Assembly: GCA_013288205.1 (NCBI GenBank)
Contig: JABDCH010000004.1
Coordinates: forward strand, 1 to 51,353
Direction: 5' to 3'
Source: Bacteroidota bacterium
GTDB lineage: Bacteria; Bacteroidota; Bacteroidia; JABEUT01
Length of the DNA stretch: 51,353 bases
Shown: positions 49,790 to 51,353 of the stretch, in pieces
Numbering within the stretch: position 1 is the first letter of the stretch
How the letters are laid out: each line of letters starts with the position of its first letter
Position numbers and translations under genes: made by a program
Notes under the pieces: model-generated
The model's input: only the letters and a program-made list of their open reading frames with translations
What the model was told of the DNA's origin: nothing
Database searches by the model: none

Positions 49790-50116
49790 ATGAACGATTT
49801 TTACGATATGATATATGAGGTTGCCCGGCAGATTCCAAAAGGACGGGTAACTTCGTATGGAGCTATTGCCAAATACCTCGGCTCGTCACAATCGTCCAGG
49901 ATGGTGGGATGGGCTATGAATAACGCCCATTCCCAGAAGCCTCCGATACCCGCGCATCGTGTAGTAAACCGCTTAGGGCAACTTTCAGGCAAACATCATT
50001 TTCCGCCTCCGGGGATGGAAGCTCTGCTGAAAAAAGAAGGCATCAAGGTGAAAAAAGATACGATTGTCAATTTTGAGAAACTGTTTTGGGACCCGGCAAC
50101 AGAATTAAAGCTGTAA
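49790..50116 (+). CDS. Alkyltransferase-like (ATL, MGMT family) DNA-binding protein
   Basis: IPKGRVTSYGAIA, RMVGWAM, PAHRVV (Ala in place of the PCHR Cys), LLKKEG. Confidence 0.9.
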   Translation: MNDFYDMIYEVARQIPKGRVTSYGAIAKYLGSSQSSRMVGWAMNNAHSQKPPIPAHRVVNRLGQLSGKHHFPPPGMEALLKKEGIKVKKDTIVNFEKLFWDPATELKL

Positions 50117-50153
50117 CGAGCATTATATATAACTTTACACAAAATTTAGAACT

Positions 50154-51245
50154 ATGATAACTGAAGAACAAGTAATAGAAGCATTAAAGAATGTAATTGA
50201 CCCCGATTTTGATAAGGATATTGTCACCCTCGGAATGGTGCAGGATTTGAAGATTGATGGTAAAAAAGTAAGCTTTACGGTTGTACTTACCACCCCTGCC
50301 TGCCCTATGAAAGAAATGATCCATAAGGCTTCTGTAAATGCAGTGATATATTATGTAGATAAAGAAGCGGATGTGAATGTAACCATGAGTTCGAAGGTTA
50401 CTTCAAAGCGAACGACTAAAGAAAATGTGTTGCCGGGTGTACGTAATATCATAGCCGTTGCCTCGGGCAAAGGAGGTGTTGGTAAATCTACCGTTGCTTC
50501 TAATTTAGCCGTTGCACTTGCCAAACAAGGCGCTAAGGTTGGCTTGTTAGATGCAGATATATACGGACCTTCGGTGCCTATTATGTTCAATGCTGTTCAA
50601 GAAAAACCTTTGCTGGAAGACAGAGATGGCAAAACATGGATGATTCCACTGGAACATTATGGGGTAAAACTACTTTCCATAGGTTTCTTTTTAAGCGACA
50701 CACAAGCGGTTGTATGGCGCGGACCTATGGCTTCTAAAGCATTAATGCAACTGATTAACGATGCCAGTTGGGGTGAGCTTGACTATCTTTTAATTGACCT
50801 GCCTCCCGGAACAGGCGATATACAAATTTCTTTGGTTACCGGGGCGCAAATTACCGGGGCGGTAATTGTGAGCACGCCTCAAAATGTGGCTCTTACCGAT
50901 GTACGTAAATCTATTGCGATGTTCCAGCAAAAAGGAATCAATGTACCTATATTGGGCATAGTTGAAAACATGGCATACTTTACTCCCGCTGAATTACCAA
51001 ACAATAAGTATTTCATATTTGGCAAAGACGGAGCTAAAAACTTAGCAGAAGAGTTGCATGTACCTTTCCTTGGACAAATACCATTGGTACAAAGTATATG
51101 CGAAGCAGGCGATGCCGGAAGACCGGCTGCATTGCAAATTGATACTCCACAAGCCATAGCATTTAACGAACTGGCCGGGAACCTGGTTCAACAGGTCTCT
51201 ATAACTAACGCGAAAAAGACGGAGAAGCAGGCGGAGTTGGTGTAA
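50154..51245 (+). CDS. mrp: Mrp/ApbC (NBP35 family) Fe-S cluster carrier ATPase
   Basis: N-terminal DUF59-like domain (DPD, TTPACP), GKGGVGKST, DADIYGPS, WRGPM, DLPPGTGD, ENM. Confidence 0.95.
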   Translation: MITEEQVIEALKNVIDPDFDKDIVTLGMVQDLKIDGKKVSFTVVLTTPACPMKEMIHKASVNAVIYYVDKEADVNVTMSSKVTSKRTTKENVLPGVRNIIAVASGKGGVGKSTVASNLAVALAKQGAKVGLLDADIYGPSVPIMFNAVQEKPLLEDRDGKTWMIPLEHYGVKLLSIGFFLSDTQAVVWRGPMASKALMQLINDASWGELDYLLIDLPPGTGDIQISLVTGAQITGAVIVSTPQNVALTDVRKSIAMFQQKGINVPILGIVENMAYFTPAELPNNKYFIFGKDGAKNLAEELHVPFLGQIPLVQSICEAGDAGRPAALQIDTPQAIAFNELAGNLVQQVSITNAKKTEKQAELV

Positions 51246-51353
51246 CTAATATGGGTAATGCATATATAAAGATAGTGCCTACTTATAGTAATCATAGAAT
51301 AAAGCCATTCCCATAAAATATTCCAATTTAAGGTATTCTGTTCCTTTGCTGAA

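Noticed and set aside
1-50116. uvrA, radC, dprA, topA and ATL as one DNA-repair island
   Set aside because: They are scattered over 50 kb in separate transcription units among unrelated core genes.
51279-51353. Possible 3' end of a minus-strand gene at the window edge (FSKGTEYLKLEYFMGMALFYDYYK*)
   Set aside because: Too short to support, and the reading frame is ambiguous.

Overview
A 51 kb, gene-dense, mostly core chromosomal segment of a Bacteroidota bacterium. The assignment rests on TAnnTTTG -7 promoter elements, a T9SS C-terminal domain, DUF1573/DUF2480 genes, and a Bacteroidota-type FtsZ tail and dcw order. Gene order from left: uvrA (5'-truncated by the window edge), a LOG-family gene, ftsB-like, pgk, three tandem DUF1573 genes, two convergent GT-C-type membrane glycosyltransferases, a radC fragment lacking its JAB domain, and the dcw cluster mraZ-rsmH-ftsL-ftsI-murE-mraY-murD-ftsW-murG-murC-ftsQ-ftsA-ftsZ with MraZ boxes. 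Then: M16 protease, pirin, holB, ribBA, DUF2480, pepT, an orphan low-GC zinc-ribbon PD-(D/E)XK nuclease, T9SS S8 protease, M28/glutaminyl-cyclase-like lipoprotein, cysS, ABC ATPase, two uncharacterised envelope proteins, dprA, a degenerate arginase-family gene, topA, a SAM methyltransferase, rimK, an alkyltransferase-like protein and mrp/apbC. I saw no rRNA, tRNA, CRISPR array, integrase or transposase. The most notable unexplained signals are: (i) radC ends exactly at a 21-bp stem-loop motif that recurs with a compensatory base change at 29166; (ii) 7-, 8- and 9-mer tandem-repeat tracts, two forming hairpins, begin 6-8 nt upstream of three housekeeping start codons; (iii) the lone nuclease abutting pepT. 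All family calls come from motif recognition by eye, with no database search.
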